Part shown: positions 9,746 through 21,808 of the stretch, one piece after another
Layout of the letters: each line of letters starts with the position of its first letter
How positions within the stretch are numbered: position 1 is the first letter of the stretch
Assembly (NCBI GenBank): GCA_024704765.1
Contig: JAKMXF010000324.1
Coordinates: 1 to 64,000, forward strand
Reading direction: 5' to 3'
Length of the DNA stretch: 64,000 nucleotides
From: Oopsacas minuta
Taxonomy: Eukaryota > Animalia > Porifera
The notes under the pieces: model-generated
Seen by the model: the letters and a program-made list of their open reading frames with translations, nothing else
The model's database searches: none
What the model was told of the DNA's origin: nothing
Program-made: the position numbers and the translations under genes

Positions 9746-11440
9746 ATGTTTAAGAAAAAATCTAGCAAATTTACTGTTTGTTCTTCTTATAAGTCAATCG
9801 AATTTGAATTCCAAAATTCATTTAATCCAGGGAATATCAATGTCAAATGGTCACGACATAAGAGATCCTCTGACTCGTTAAAATATGGTGAACCACCTAT
9901 CTGGAACAAGAGTGGTGAAGGGGACAATGGATTCATTGCGGGTCAGTGTAATTTCAAGAATATGTGCGATCCAGAAATGCAAGTCACACTACATAAGGGC
10001 AAGAAAGGAGCAACATTTGACACCAAACTATATCGCTATACAATCGAGTCCGTCAATGAATTGGGTCACGCAAAAACACTCGGAAGTGCTGATATAGATT
10101 TCGGATACTACGCAGATTACAAAGGCAGCACACATTACCTCGCTATAGACATGAAACCCAAACAGAAATTCGTTATCAAGGCTATACTAAATTTGCAGGT
10201 TACTTTTGAGTTTATAAAGACTGCTAATGCCAAAGATGCTGACATGATAAGTACTTTTTCAAAAGATAGCGAATCGTTCCCTCACACTTCTCCCGATCTA
10301 GACTCTGCATCAACGCTAGGTCTTGTCATCGATCAGAATCAGTTCTCATTAGCTCACCAAATTCAGCACTATCATGATGACGTAATACTCCCTGGGGCCA
10401 GTAATGCGGATATTTTCAATCACTTACCAAACTGCAAACTAATAATCCTAATATTCGATGGAAGATGGATAGAAAAGTCCCCAAAAATCGTTCAAACTTT
10501 GAATATGTTTTACAATCAACTCAAAATGAAGTTCTTCACTTCCCTGGAGGTATTCTATGTTTCGATGGATAGAGACGATGAATCACTAATAGAAACTATA
10601 CAGAACAACTATCTTAAATGCGCCGCTGTAAAACCACAATCCCAGCTCTCCAATGCCATCACACAGCACTACGAAATCATTAAAGCACCTCACATGCTTG
10701 TGTTATCCGAATCACGAGTAGTTAATGCTATCAATGGAGATACAGCTATCATTGAATATCTAGACTCCACAGACAGTTGGAAAATGGTTGAAAAATGGAT
10801 TACAGCATCAGATAGAACGTTCAGTATTTCTTCATTTGATACTGTCTCCTGTGCTTCATTTCAATCTAATCGAAGAGTCAAAGATCTTACATCAGAAATA
10901 TTGAAGGAGAAAGAAGCAGTAATAACCTGTTTGGAGGCAGACAAGGCAATTCTATCAAGCTCTAATGCACAACTAGAGGATGAAGTATCTAAATTGAATG
11001 ATAAACTTGTCAGACAAACTTCCTTCATCTCAGATCAGGCTAAAAATGAAAAGCGGTTGACTCAAGAGACGAAACTCCTCGAAGCAGAGAGGGACGTAAG
11101 AGGGACATTAATGAAGAGAGGTGTCAGAGGAGTGACAGCTAGCATCTGGAGACATAGATTCTTCCAATATGAAGATAACAAAATTCTATACATTGACCCC
11201 AAAACAAACGAAACGAAAGGATTTATAAGTGTGCCAGACATAATATCGATACATAAATTTCCGAAAGAACATCAAGATAAAAATTGTGCCTCTTTCACGG
11301 TCACAGTGCCAGGAAGGGTGTTTGAGATGCAAGCGAGAGACGCTGACCATATGAGTTCATGGATTAATGCCGTGGAAGTGTTGAAGGAAAGGTGTTTAAA
11401 TAAACCTACTTTACGTGACGTCATTAATGTAGCAGATTAA
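9746..11440 (+). CDS. NT-C2 + degenerate nucleoredoxin-like + coiled coil + PH domain protein, paralogue 2, 564 aa, intronless
   Basis: First ATG at 9746 (the track starts at an upstream TTG). Clear paralogue of 7731-9332. Trx-like LIILIFDGRWIEKSPKIVQTLNMFYNQLK...LEVFYVSMDRDD; PH GTLMKRGVRG...WRHRFF...VFEMQARD...SWINAV. Confidence 0.87.
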   Translation: MFKKKSSKFTVCSSYKSIEFEFQNSFNPGNINVKWSRHKRSSDSLKYGEPPIWNKSGEGDNGFIAGQCNFKNMCDPEMQVTLHKGKKGATFDTKLYRYTIESVNELGHAKTLGSADIDFGYYADYKGSTHYLAIDMKPKQKFVIKAILNLQVTFEFIKTANAKDADMISTFSKDSESFPHTSPDLDSASTLGLVIDQNQFSLAHQIQHYHDDVILPGASNADIFNHLPNCKLIILIFDGRWIEKSPKIVQTLNMFYNQLKMKFFTSLEVFYVSMDRDDESLIETIQNNYLKCAAVKPQSQLSNAITQHYEIIKAPHMLVLSESRVVNAINGDTAIIEYLDSTDSWKMVEKWITASDRTFSISSFDTVSCASFQSNRRVKDLTSEILKEKEAVITCLEADKAILSSSNAQLEDEVSKLNDKLVRQTSFISDQAKNEKRLTQETKLLEAERDVRGTLMKRGVRGVTASIWRHRFFQYEDNKILYIDPKTNETKGFISVPDIISIHKFPKEHQDKNCASFTVTVPGRVFEMQARDADHMSSWINAVEVLKERCLNKPTLRDVINVAD

Positions 11441-12201
11441 TTTGCTGTTGTTGTTATTGATCATTAGGTTGCATATATATGAATATCTTTATTATCATCC
11501 ATGGTATTTTATTGATTGCATTTGTAACTAATTTTGTCATTTTTATCCACAGTAATTGTTCAGCAATCTTACCCAACCAAATCTTCATATTTGCAATTTG
11601 GGTTGTAGCAATTGAAAACTTTGAATTTTACTATATTCAGACTTAAGTGTAACACTTTGAAGTGTGAAATACGTATATTACTGTAAGCGAGGGCTAATTA
11701 ATGAAGATGAGCTTGTTTCTCAGATTTATTGAAAATTATCGAAAAGTTGCATTTCCTCTAACTAAGCCAAAAGTATTTGAACGCCTATTAGTTAGAAATA
11801 TTAGACATAACAACGAAAATAAGTTCGATAGTTTGTTAAGCTATTTACTGTTTAATGGAGTTTAGTTCCAGACATAAATTTATCGCCAAAAATTGGTTCC
11901 ATTAGAGATTTGGAATTAGTGGAAGGCACAAGACAGGTTTTCACCATTCTATGATAGAATTAGCTAACAAATCAAAAATATCATATATCAACACAATTTC
12001 CAAATAATTGAAATAAATACGAAACTATTATCTAGGAAGGATTAACGATAATAACTTGATTATAACTGATACTGTGTATAGCATCATTGAGTTATAATTA
12101 CCCTATCCACCTGCCTAATAGATAAACCATAAGGACTCTTATAGGAAATATTAATTTACAAATACTTACAACATAAAAGCAGGCAATAAAATGTACAAAT
12201 T

Positions 12202-15200
12202 TTATGAAGAATTTTGGAAATGTTTCAATGCTCTTACGATAGTGTATGGTTGGGAATTCGATAGAAAATGAAGTTCGATTTTCTCTAAAACGCTCAATTC
12301 CAAGGCTCTGCCTGTTAGCAAAGTCAGTGAACTTTTTTCGATAATTTTATTCAAAAATTTTCCTTGAAGTTCAGAGATGTATGCTTTCACCTTTTTTTCT
12401 GTGATATTAATGTCCGTCAACAGTCGTTCACCGTCAAAAACAACTAATTGAAGAAGAGCGAGGGCATATGTCGCATCCAATCGTCTCTGTAGATTCATTT
12501 CTAATAGACCCTTAGCTACCTTTTGAATCCAAACAGTGTATTTTGATCTTTGTTGGAAATTCGGTAGTTCTTCTGTAGTATAAGATTTTGTAATAAGATT
12601 CTGATCTTCAAACGGGTTTGCTTCACTCATCATTTCATAAATAAGACATCCGACTGCGAAACAATCTGTACCGGAGTAATTTAGTTCTGGTACATTATTT
12701 TGTGCATTCGTGATCTCTGGGGGCAGTTTTGTCTCGTCACCCCCAAGCCACTGGAGTTCCTCAAACTTGTATAAGAAAGGTTGCGATCTTGGTGGTCCTG
12801 GTCGATGCAGTGCATATGTAAATCCTGATATCTTAACTTGTAGAATCTCATCTGTATCGGTCTCTCTGGATAAGAGAATGTCAGACAAGTTTAGGTCACG
12901 GTGTACCAGTTTATGTCTATGCATATGCGCTACACCCGACAGTATCTGTATAAGATATACTATTACGTCATACTCGTATTTCTCTGGGTCAAGTTCCAAT
13001 AATGGTTTGTTCTCAACAAGGTGTTTCTCAAGGGATCCAGCACGTGTTTGATCTAGGATACAAGCTTGTTCATGTTGTAGTAGAGATTTACAACGATTCC
13101 TTATCTCATTTGGAATGTCAATTAGTGTATGCGCGTGGAGCACATACGGGTTCCTGGGTATTGAGCTACTGATGGCTTGTATGGATTGAAATGCACGTGA
13201 TATGACGTCATCTGGGTTCCAGTCTTTCGGCCATACTGAGAACTCCTTCTGTACTTCATTTTGTTGTATGAGTATAGCTATATTTAACGGAGGACGCTGG
13301 TTATCGACTATATCGACCCGATCCCAATCTATTTCTTCCCAGTTCATTTGTCGCATATTTTGCTTATAAAGATGATCAGAAAGGATGCGAATTAGTTTCG
13401 AATTTTCACTCACGATCTTCTTATACATGGTCACTGCTTGTCCAATTTCATCCGATACGGCTTGATCTATTCTCATTTGTACATAAGATCCAGAGTCACT
13501 AGTGTGAATGCTCGAAGGCCTCGCTAGTTTAGTTTGTGAATCTAAGAGATTGTTAGCACTAGAGGTGTCGAAAGCTTTTTGAGTATCTTGTATGACATTA
13601 GGCAATTGTATTGATGGTGAATCCACGTTCTCATACAGACTTCCTGACCGCACGTGCCTGTTGTATCTATTCCCCGGCGGTTGTCTGGTTGCTACCATTT
13701 GATTAGGCTGCATATATCCTGTGTTGATCTGTGCCACGTTAACTAGAGACCGCTTAACCTCCTCCTGGGATGCATTAGGAGGGAAGGCGGGGATTTCCGG
13801 TTTGACTGCGTACGGTGTCACTGAGCTACTCATGTGCCCTCTGAATTGTGGCACTCTGAAACTATCAAATTGAACTGGAACCTCAACAAGGCCTAGGTTC
13901 ATTTCACTTTTGCTTTTGTATCTCAAAAGATGTGTGTTGTCCGTACGAAATGTCCTACTCGGTTTACTCGGGGGTTTGCTACGTTTGCAGACAGGAGACA
14001 GGTAATCTGTGAGAAATGTTTTATCACACCTCATGGCGTCCTCTCTCTCCTGTGATGCGTTAGGTGTTAACGGGAATGGTTTATATTTTCTACGGAAATT
14101 AGAATCGAGCGAATTCTCACTGAATTCTGGGAAACGAGTTTGCAAATCTTCTCTAGTGTTTATGGCAGACATAGGCACTAAATTCAATGGTAGGTAGTGG
14201 TGGGATGGCTGGCTATCGGTGGGACTAAACTGGTTAGATTTAATGGGACTTAAAACCCCGCTTGGATATTTCTTAGGTGATTGTTGTTCCTGTGGCTCGA
14301 TGACAAGACTAGCTACACCACAGTATGTTGGTGAAGTTTCAGGTATGGAACTTTCTGGGTATTTTGCTTTCTGTACCAGCTGTGACATCATAGAATCGGG
14401 CGGGATAATATGTATATCTTCTTTGCAGAATTCTTTACGTCGGGGGCTTTTAAGATCTTTGTCTTTGGAGCGTTTCTTTTGTGACCAACGGGGAAGTCGA
14501 ATTGGAATGCAGGATGTAACGGCACCTGTTAGTGAACGCATACTTGTTGCTCCAGTAGACTCCAGAGAACCTGAATTACGTCGAGGGCCGTCTGACCTGT
14601 GCCGACGCCGAATTTTTGGGGAAAGAAGACCTTTGTGTGATTTTGGTACGTTGCTGGGTGATACAGTGAGATGGGTATTTGGTTCGATGAGAGGACTGAG
14701 GTTGATTGCGTCCATCTCAGTTCCAGAATCAGTACTAATTGATAGTTCCTTTTTATCAGCTGTTTCACTGGTAGGTTCAATATTTTTCTCTTGTACAGGG
14801 CTGAATAACGTGAACTGTGTCTTTATTGGATATGTCCTATCACTGTTGGGTTGGTATGAAGATTTGGTCTTGGGTGTCTGTTGCTTTTCATTATAGGATT
14901 GTTCAAGTTGGTTGAAATTGTAGAAATCTTGTACTTCTTGGTCGTTAACTATTGATACAGCATAAGGAAGTACTTGAGGAGTTGTGGGGCTGTTTGATAA
15001 TAGTCCAGGAGAAACTGAGTTTCGTGCTTGTAATTTGAGCGGTGAAGGAGGTATGAATTGTTTCTTTTGTAACGCGGTTATTGATGGCGGAGAGTTTGTA
15101 AGGGGTTCATCCAACTGTCCATCGGGTTCAGTCCTGCTTTGGAGAAGAATATCCATGTTAATCGGTGGAATATTTTTAGATTCTCTTCTGGATAATGTCT

Positions 15201-15483
15201 TGCTTAATCTAGGTTGAATATTGTATTCGAATTTGGTGATTTTCGTTTGAGGCTGTGGTGTTAACCAATCAGAACGTAGAGATTTGATGTTACGAGGGTG
15301 TAATTCGGGCGTGAGAGGTTTCAGGTTGTGTTTTTTCAAAATTCCGTTTGGCCTTTTCTGTTGTTGTTGTTGTTGTAATTGTTGTGTATCGTCGTGTTTG
15401 TTGTCTATTTGGAAACAATTCATACATACATGCTCTCGCCACAATTGTGGCTGAAAATTATGACAAACCAATGTATTTTGCAT
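12202..15483 (-). CDS. PEAK1: PEAK1/Pragmin (SgK269/SgK223) family pseudokinase, 1093 aa, intronless
   Basis: N-terminal CHNFQPQLWREHVCMNCFQIDNKH matches the PEAK/Pragmin CxxFxxxxWxxxxCxNCF...H motif. Long disordered middle with Tyr motifs (YENV, YVQM). Kinase fold with VHRDLNLSDILL, DFG replaced by SGF, LPPEI, DCFAVGCLIYEM, NPFE. Confidence 0.85.
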   Translation of the reverse strand: MQNTLVCHNFQPQLWREHVCMNCFQIDNKHDDTQQLQQQQQQKRPNGILKKHNLKPLTPELHPRNIKSLRSDWLTPQPQTKITKFEYNIQPRLSKTLSRRESKNIPPINMDILLQSRTEPDGQLDEPLTNSPPSITALQKKQFIPPSPLKLQARNSVSPGLLSNSPTTPQVLPYAVSIVNDQEVQDFYNFNQLEQSYNEKQQTPKTKSSYQPNSDRTYPIKTQFTLFSPVQEKNIEPTSETADKKELSISTDSGTEMDAINLSPLIEPNTHLTVSPSNVPKSHKGLLSPKIRRRHRSDGPRRNSGSLESTGATSMRSLTGAVTSCIPIRLPRWSQKKRSKDKDLKSPRRKEFCKEDIHIIPPDSMMSQLVQKAKYPESSIPETSPTYCGVASLVIEPQEQQSPKKYPSGVLSPIKSNQFSPTDSQPSHHYLPLNLVPMSAINTREDLQTRFPEFSENSLDSNFRRKYKPFPLTPNASQEREDAMRCDKTFLTDYLSPVCKRSKPPSKPSRTFRTDNTHLLRYKSKSEMNLGLVEVPVQFDSFRVPQFRGHMSSSVTPYAVKPEIPAFPPNASQEEVKRSLVNVAQINTGYMQPNQMVATRQPPGNRYNRHVRSGSLYENVDSPSIQLPNVIQDTQKAFDTSSANNLLDSQTKLARPSSIHTSDSGSYVQMRIDQAVSDEIGQAVTMYKKIVSENSKLIRILSDHLYKQNMRQMNWEEIDWDRVDIVDNQRPPLNIAILIQQNEVQKEFSVWPKDWNPDDVISRAFQSIQAISSSIPRNPYVLHAHTLIDIPNEIRNRCKSLLQHEQACILDQTRAGSLEKHLVENKPLLELDPEKYEYDVIVYLIQILSGVAHMHRHKLVHRDLNLSDILLSRETDTDEILQVKISGFTYALHRPGPPRSQPFLYKFEELQWLGGDETKLPPEITNAQNNVPELNYSGTDCFAVGCLIYEMMSEANPFEDQNLITKSYTTEELPNFQQRSKYTVWIQKVAKGLLEMNLQRRLDATYALALLQLVVFDGERLLTDINITEKKVKAYISELQGKFLNKIIEKSSLTLLTGRALELSVLEKIELHFLSNSQPYTIVRALKHFQNSS

Positions 15484-16063
15484 TGTATTTTACACTTTAA
15501 CTGCAGGTAACTTATATTTATATAGAATTGCAACTAATGGCTTATTGTATTGTCTAATTAAGCATATCTGTTTACAAATCAATATTATGCTCTCTATCTT
15601 TTAATAATTCCTAGAATTAGAAATAACCAACCAAAAAAGTTGTTAACCTGAGCTGAATTTTCATTTTATACTCTGACATTGCCAAATATTGCGTAAAATA
15701 TTCAAGTGGAATTAATTGCTCATTGCTATATATGAAGAATGATTCCTTATCTTCCCTAGTAACATAAAGAGTCTAATGGAATGTATTATTAGCTAGCTAA
15801 ATAGCCTAATGTTTGTCCAGCTGCTGTTAGCAGATCATGTTGCATTGGAAATTCAAAATTATGCTATTCGCTCTGGAATGTGTATTACTAAATATTCATA
15901 TAGATAGTAGGAGTTAATCGCATATTTATTGCAAATTCCTTGTAAGATATTCTGTAAAAGTTGTACTTTTATTGTGACGAAGAGGAATTAATCAATATTC
16001 CATCATTTGGTTTGTTCGAGGGATTTCATTTTTGCATTTACATGCAAGTATGTACAGACGTAA

Positions 16064-16125
16064 AGTGAAACCTCGTTATTACGAACACCAACGAACCGTC
16101 AAATTTGTTCGTCTTACGCGGAGAC
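16064..16125. mobile_element. Degenerate pogo/Tigger-like MITE remnant
   Basis: agtgaaacctcgttattacgaac...gaaccgtcaaatttgttcgtcttacgcgg resembles CAGTGAAACCTCG-type MITE ends. Confidence 0.4.
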
Positions 16126-16456
16126 TCTTATTGACGACGAATCTGAACAGTAAAACGATTATTTGAATGATTTAAGGTTTCTTAATATATTATTCATTAA
16201 TTCTAACAGAAAATACTTTGACATATACAAGGGAAATATTACTATTCATAGCTATGAATATTTGTAATTAGTCTAATATATCTGTCAATGATAATTCAAT
16301 AAAATCAATGAATAAAATCTGACCAAAATTATTTGAACTGCCACATCTTGACTTGAGTATATGAGATAGGATAATTCAATAAGGATCTTATAATGAGTAT
16401 TATTAAGGTGTTAGAAATGGAATAAACCACTAATTACTGGATATTTCATTTAACCT

Positions 16457-16520
16457 ATAGAATATCAGAATAAACCTCCTAATCTGATAGGTTAGACACT
16501 TTTAACACTTATCTCTGAGG
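16457..16520. repeat. Dispersed hairpin repeat family D, copy 1
   Basis: atagaatatcag...aaacctcctaatctgataggtt...cacttatctctgagg is homologous to 21733-21808 and to the reverse of 25223-25270. Confidence 0.55.
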
Positions 16521-19204
16521 TAAATTGAAATTTTGTTTAGATAATTCAAAATATTCCTAAAATTCTCACATTCCACAATCGTACCAGATTTGAAGTCTAC
16601 AACTTCTAACAGTTCTTCACACGATTATTGACTAAAGGTGATAATTTTCATGTTTTGGGTGTATAATATAATATTGAAAATCTCCGGTAGAATTTGAAAG
16701 AAAAGATTCGTACTCACTTTACAATAAACAAACTAACAAAAGAATACACCGTATCATTTCAAACCTATTCTACATATCTATAATCAACGCCTACAACTTG
16801 TCTATATCAACGCGCTTAATTAAATAACAGCCATGAACTAACCTGAATATATTGATGATATATTCCTGAAGAAATGTAGGATACTATATTGTACTCAAAT
16901 ATGAATTTGCAGCTATTTATGCCAGACTTTCTGATAAATTATGCAATTTTAGAGTTCGAAAGTGGTTGAGAATACAAAATAGAATGCATACTATAAGCTA
17001 CAGCTATTGGTTATTACTATTCTATATCGGATGGTTGAGATGATGAGGTGTTAGTTCTCAGTAGAAATATGGATTAGTATTTTGATTGATGGATATTGGC
17101 GTGAATTAATTGAATAATTGGATAAAATTGATTAAAATGATATCAGCAATGAGTTTTATAAACTCGAAATGGAAATTTGTCATCAGCTGTTTGACTGATT
17201 AATGTATTCGGAATCGCTTAAGTTGGACTTATTTCGAATTTCCCTACTTACCATTTGCCCTTCAAATTTTGTTCGTTTGCCTTGCAACATTCCCTCAAAA
17301 TGAATAATTAGCAAATAGATTTATACCCACCACTCGCTAGGATTACAAATCCACCAGACAATACATTCACAGTGAATTCCATTATCATTATTCCAGTATT
17401 TACGTTTGAATATTGTTGTTATCTTTCTCAGAAATTCTAGACAAAATACGAACACATTTTCCATAAAGTACCATTTATGTAAAGATGGGATATTTTGGCT
17501 AGAAATTATTGAAAATTGAAATTGTGTTGACTAAGAAATAAATTCTAAGTATTGAATTAATTAATGACTTTTAGTGTAAGAAATACCAATGTAACAACCT
17601 GGTAACTAGGTAGAATAAATAATCATATGTACATTTACTAACTAAATTAGCGCTCAATTTTAGAAGTATTTTCATATTTCTTATTCAAACATATAAATTC
17701 TTGATCTATTGTCTTGTTGTTAACAATCATAAAATAGTCGAAATTGGTTCCATATGGAACTCCTTTGAAGTTTATCTACCAAAACAACGCTCAAATTGGG
17801 ACCAATTAAATTTCCTTCACACCACTTAATCAATTCATTAACAAGTCTGGGAATGTATCATTTCAAGCCTCCACTCTCTTAAATCAAAGTTAACACCTAC
17901 TCAAAAATTATACCATCAGATGATTGTTGATGTGTTTAGCCTACTCTGTGTATGTGATTAGTCCATTAAGTAACTCATATCCTTTCTTTGAATTATAGTC
18001 ATGAGATAGTATTGTTTGCTTATTTGTATTATATTTATCAGGACTAGCATTCTATGATTCAGCACTTGTAAATTCACCTGAGAGTTGTTATCTAATTAAC
18101 AATTATGCGGGGTGTACTAAAAGGAAAAAAGATCTTTGGGGTAAGTGATTTCTATAATTAATATTTTGACAATTTTTGCCGATTAAAGATTGGCTAATTA
18201 TCTAGCTTTCAAGGAAACGGGTCAGCTTACACAAGGAAATAATCAGCTGTTACTCAAGCAAATATGCTTATATTTGCAAATGCCAGAATGATAACAAATA
18301 TTAACCTAATTATAAAAAACTGTTTGTTGTCTACTTTTTCATTTTACTAGTTTTTATGGAAATTCTTTATTAAATTACTTATTTCGTATAACATTACACG
18401 AATTATGAACTTAAACTGCAACCAACTAGCTTAGCCAAACAGGATATTCATGGCTCTGTATACAATCAAATTACAGCAATATTTTGGTAATAAGCAGGTG
18501 GCAGACTAGTAGCAGAGCTCATGGTTCAGATACCCCTGACTAGCCGATGTAATCTGATCACAAAATACAACATTCCAAGAGGTGTGAAAACATGGTAAAT
18601 TGTATGATAAGTGTCATTCTATTATTTATTCACATTTTGATTTACTTAACAACCAATATAACTGAATTTCTTACCTAATTATCTTCAGAACAAATAATGA
18701 ATTCACAATTTCTCCAATTACCTTCTCCAAAGCCTATTTATACATTCACATAACTTTCTACACTCTCATTTCTTCCAGCACACATCGCCACTATCGCTAC
18801 CAACCTTACAATCAACTGGCTATTTCAATGGAAAGATCAGACTATATTTTGAATTGGATGTGTTAGTGTAGGAGTTTAGTGTAATACAAGTAGTTCGTTA
18901 ATTACATGAAACATGAGCTATACCTAGCTAGAATATATCATTTAATAGTTGAAGCATTTCCCTTTTGGATCATAAATTCCTAAATCATCTTTGCTTCATA
19001 TACTTATATTTAACGTCAATTGAAGTTCATAGTTGCCTTTGAAAACACGTTAATTAATAATTCACATCCTTTTTACACTGATATCTGCAACATGTAACTA
19101 CGTGTGATTATAAATAGACTATGCAATCTAATTTTACATAATATACATGACAAGTAAAATGAGCTAGTTAGCAACCAGAGTAAGTAATGGAATGTCATAT
19201 TTTG

Positions 19205-19222
19205 TGTGTGTGTGTGTGTGTG
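19205..19222. repeat. (GT)9 microsatellite
   Basis: Directly visible gt dinucleotide run. Confidence 0.95.
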
Positions 19223-19361
19223 TGGCCAGTGTGGGTGAGTTGCGGATAGCCAATGTCAAATCTACAATACCTTAAAACATGATCTGTGCCGACAGCCCGA
19301 ATTTTAAGTTCTTACAATTGCAAATAATTGAAAGATTGTAAATGGTTGAGTATGAATAATC

Positions 19362-19472
19362 TTATCAGTAATTAGATACAGTACTAATCGAATATTATCA
19401 GTAATTAGATATAGTACTAATCGAATATTATCAGTAATTAGATACACAGTGCTAATCGAATATTATCAGTAA
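19362..19472. repeat. 33-bp minisatellite, about 3.3 copies
   Basis: Units ttatcagtaattagatacagtactaatcgaata at 19362-19394, 19395-19427 and 19428-19462 (35 nt), plus a partial fourth; head-to-tail with no spacers. Confidence 0.92.
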
Positions 19473-20764
19473 AATTTCCATTATTATCGAATGGGTCATA
19501 AATGAATATTTAAACTCAAAACGTAAAGATCAGTACCATGTTCAGAATTTTTCTCTACATTGACACTTTTCCACATTCCTAAGTTCACGAATGGTAACTA
19601 ACGTATATGTTAGAATTCACGTTTAGAGAATATGGATTATTTCAGCTGAATATACATTCATCACATTCCAAACCTTCATAATTTGCTTAGTTACGTGTAT
19701 CTACAAAGTTATGAATAACATATGTATTTCTCTTTTTTTAATATTTGCAAGTTTCACACCTACGATTGAAGTTAATATAATTAAACCAGAAAGGTAGCAA
19801 TTCATTGGTTACACTCATATGCGATGTACGTTGTGTAAACTTACACTTGTAAATATTTCAAGCTGTTTTGTGGAATAATCTAAGAATTTTTCGCATTCAA
19901 CACCTCAAATATTAATTGCATTTCCTAACATTTTTGCTCTCGAAAAGCAGAATTTACATTTTAGTTATGTGAATGTGTCGTATTAATAATAACAATCAAG
20001 TCTAATCATTTATCATATTTACTAGCTCAAATAATGTGAAAAGTCTATGTAGCAACTTTACAAAATAATTCTGGGATGTATCAAGTTAGCCCAGTTATGA
20101 TCAAAGTAACTTTTGTATAAAGTAACTTACACGCACAAAAATAGCACTTTACTATCCGGAATCACTGAATTTATAACATTTATGGTGACGATTATTTCGA
20201 TAGGTCTTTTACGACATATAAGTGTATCAATGAAATTACGCTACAGCCTTTCATTTACAAAAATTTCTGCGTTACTCACGTGCTGCATTATGAATTCTAA
20301 TGTTCCATTACTTGACGACACATGCCGATCGATATTAGTTATTTATGCACGGGTGCAGATGGGTTTAAGAAATGCACTCTCACGAATGGGACATGATGTT
20401 CCTTAAGAGGTAGAGATATTACAGATGAGCAATTAAATAGAATTGAAAGTAACGATAATTATTAAACAAAATGTCGAGCAATTGGAACAGGTTGAACTTG
20501 TTCACCTGCGATAATTAAGAGTGTAATGATTAATCATATATTATATGCTTTGTAACACATGTAGATGTGTTAAGGAATCATCTAATAAGCTTGCATAAAA
20601 ATGTATTTTTGACGTCAATGAGTGAGCATGTTTTTATGTGAACATCTGAGGAAATATTTTTGGCTTTTAATTTAATTCCAGATTTATTGACGTTGAAGAG
20701 ACATCCGTATTGAACTTGTATACACCTTGTTTCATAGTGTAGCAAACATTCAACTCTCGTAATA

Positions 20765-20826
20765 CTATAATACCCGCTTATATCAAAGATATCATCGCGG
20801 TTTCTTCGATATAACAGGAGTTGCTG
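20765..20826. mobile_element. Short pogo-like MITE remnant related to family A
   Basis: Left ctataatacccgcttatatc, right gatataacaggagttgctg followed by TA. Confidence 0.45.
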
Positions 20827-21732
20827 TATCTTAATATCACTAAGTTTACTGGACTTTTGACCTATTCCATGCGTAGCAGGTGTTTTGGAATATCCTACTT
20901 AGAAAATAAGATATTTTGTTAAAATTATCGCTCACTACTAATACGCTATAATCTCTGAAATAAACCAAAAACTGTTGTGGCAATCATAATTTATTTCTAG
21001 TAAACTTCTCATACAAATAAATAATAATCAGAAATCTGAATTACAATTCTTTCATCTATAAGCGTGCAGCAAAACTCCTACACAGATTAACACTATCATC
21101 TCAAGGATACCAGTTTTAAAACACACCCATTAGTAATACAATATAGCAATGCAATACAGCCACAGTACTAGCATAATGGGTGTGTAATAATTATGCTAGA
21201 ATCATTTCTCTGAGAAAATTGAGCTTCCTATTTGTAGGAAAGTCATTGTATTAGAATAGTGTGCAATTTTGGATCAAGTTATATAAACAAAGGTTAATTG
21301 GTGAACTATGATATCTTAAGGGGGTTTGGGGCTGAACGTTGGATCGTAACGATGACAAAACGGTCCCATTTCTAAGATATGGGATTACTGGGGGCAGGTT
21401 GTTGATCATTGGATCCCTAAAGTATATATCCTACACACATTCTTTAATGCTATTACACTATGTAATCTGTAGTTGAATTGATGTGATAGAATTTTGATAA
21501 TTTATGTATTGCTTACATCATAGAATTCTCATTTTGTGAATAAGAAGTAAACTGCTTGCTTTTAGTGGAATTCTTTGAATGAATACATTCTGAATTATTC
21601 AGTGTAGAATGTATAATACAGTAGTTGATCCATTCGAAATATGAAGCTTTAGAAACCATCAATCTACAATTTCAGAAAGGTGTCAAAGAATGGATGCAAA
21701 CCACTAGGCAACATGTACATTAGATTTAACCA

Positions 21733-21808
21733 ATAGAATATCAGCCTGCCTTTTGGTAAACCCTCAACTCTGATAGGTCAAAACATTTGTCACCTATCTG
21801 AGAGGGTT
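21733..21808. repeat. Dispersed hairpin repeat family D, copy 2
   Basis: Nested inverted repeats aaccctc...gagggtt and ctgataggt...acctatctg; homologous to 16457 and 25223. Confidence 0.6.

Noticed and set aside
12710-15217. Plus-strand ORFs up to 225 aa opposite PEAK
   Set aside because: Antisense shadows of a long coding region, with no domain signal.
18497-18545. tRNA/SINE-like B-box (ggttcagatacc)
   Set aside because: No cloverleaf and no second copy recognised; too degenerate to call.
19362-19472. CRISPR-like array of 33-bp repeats
   Set aside because: Repeats are contiguous with no unique spacers, there are no cas genes, and the context is eukaryotic.
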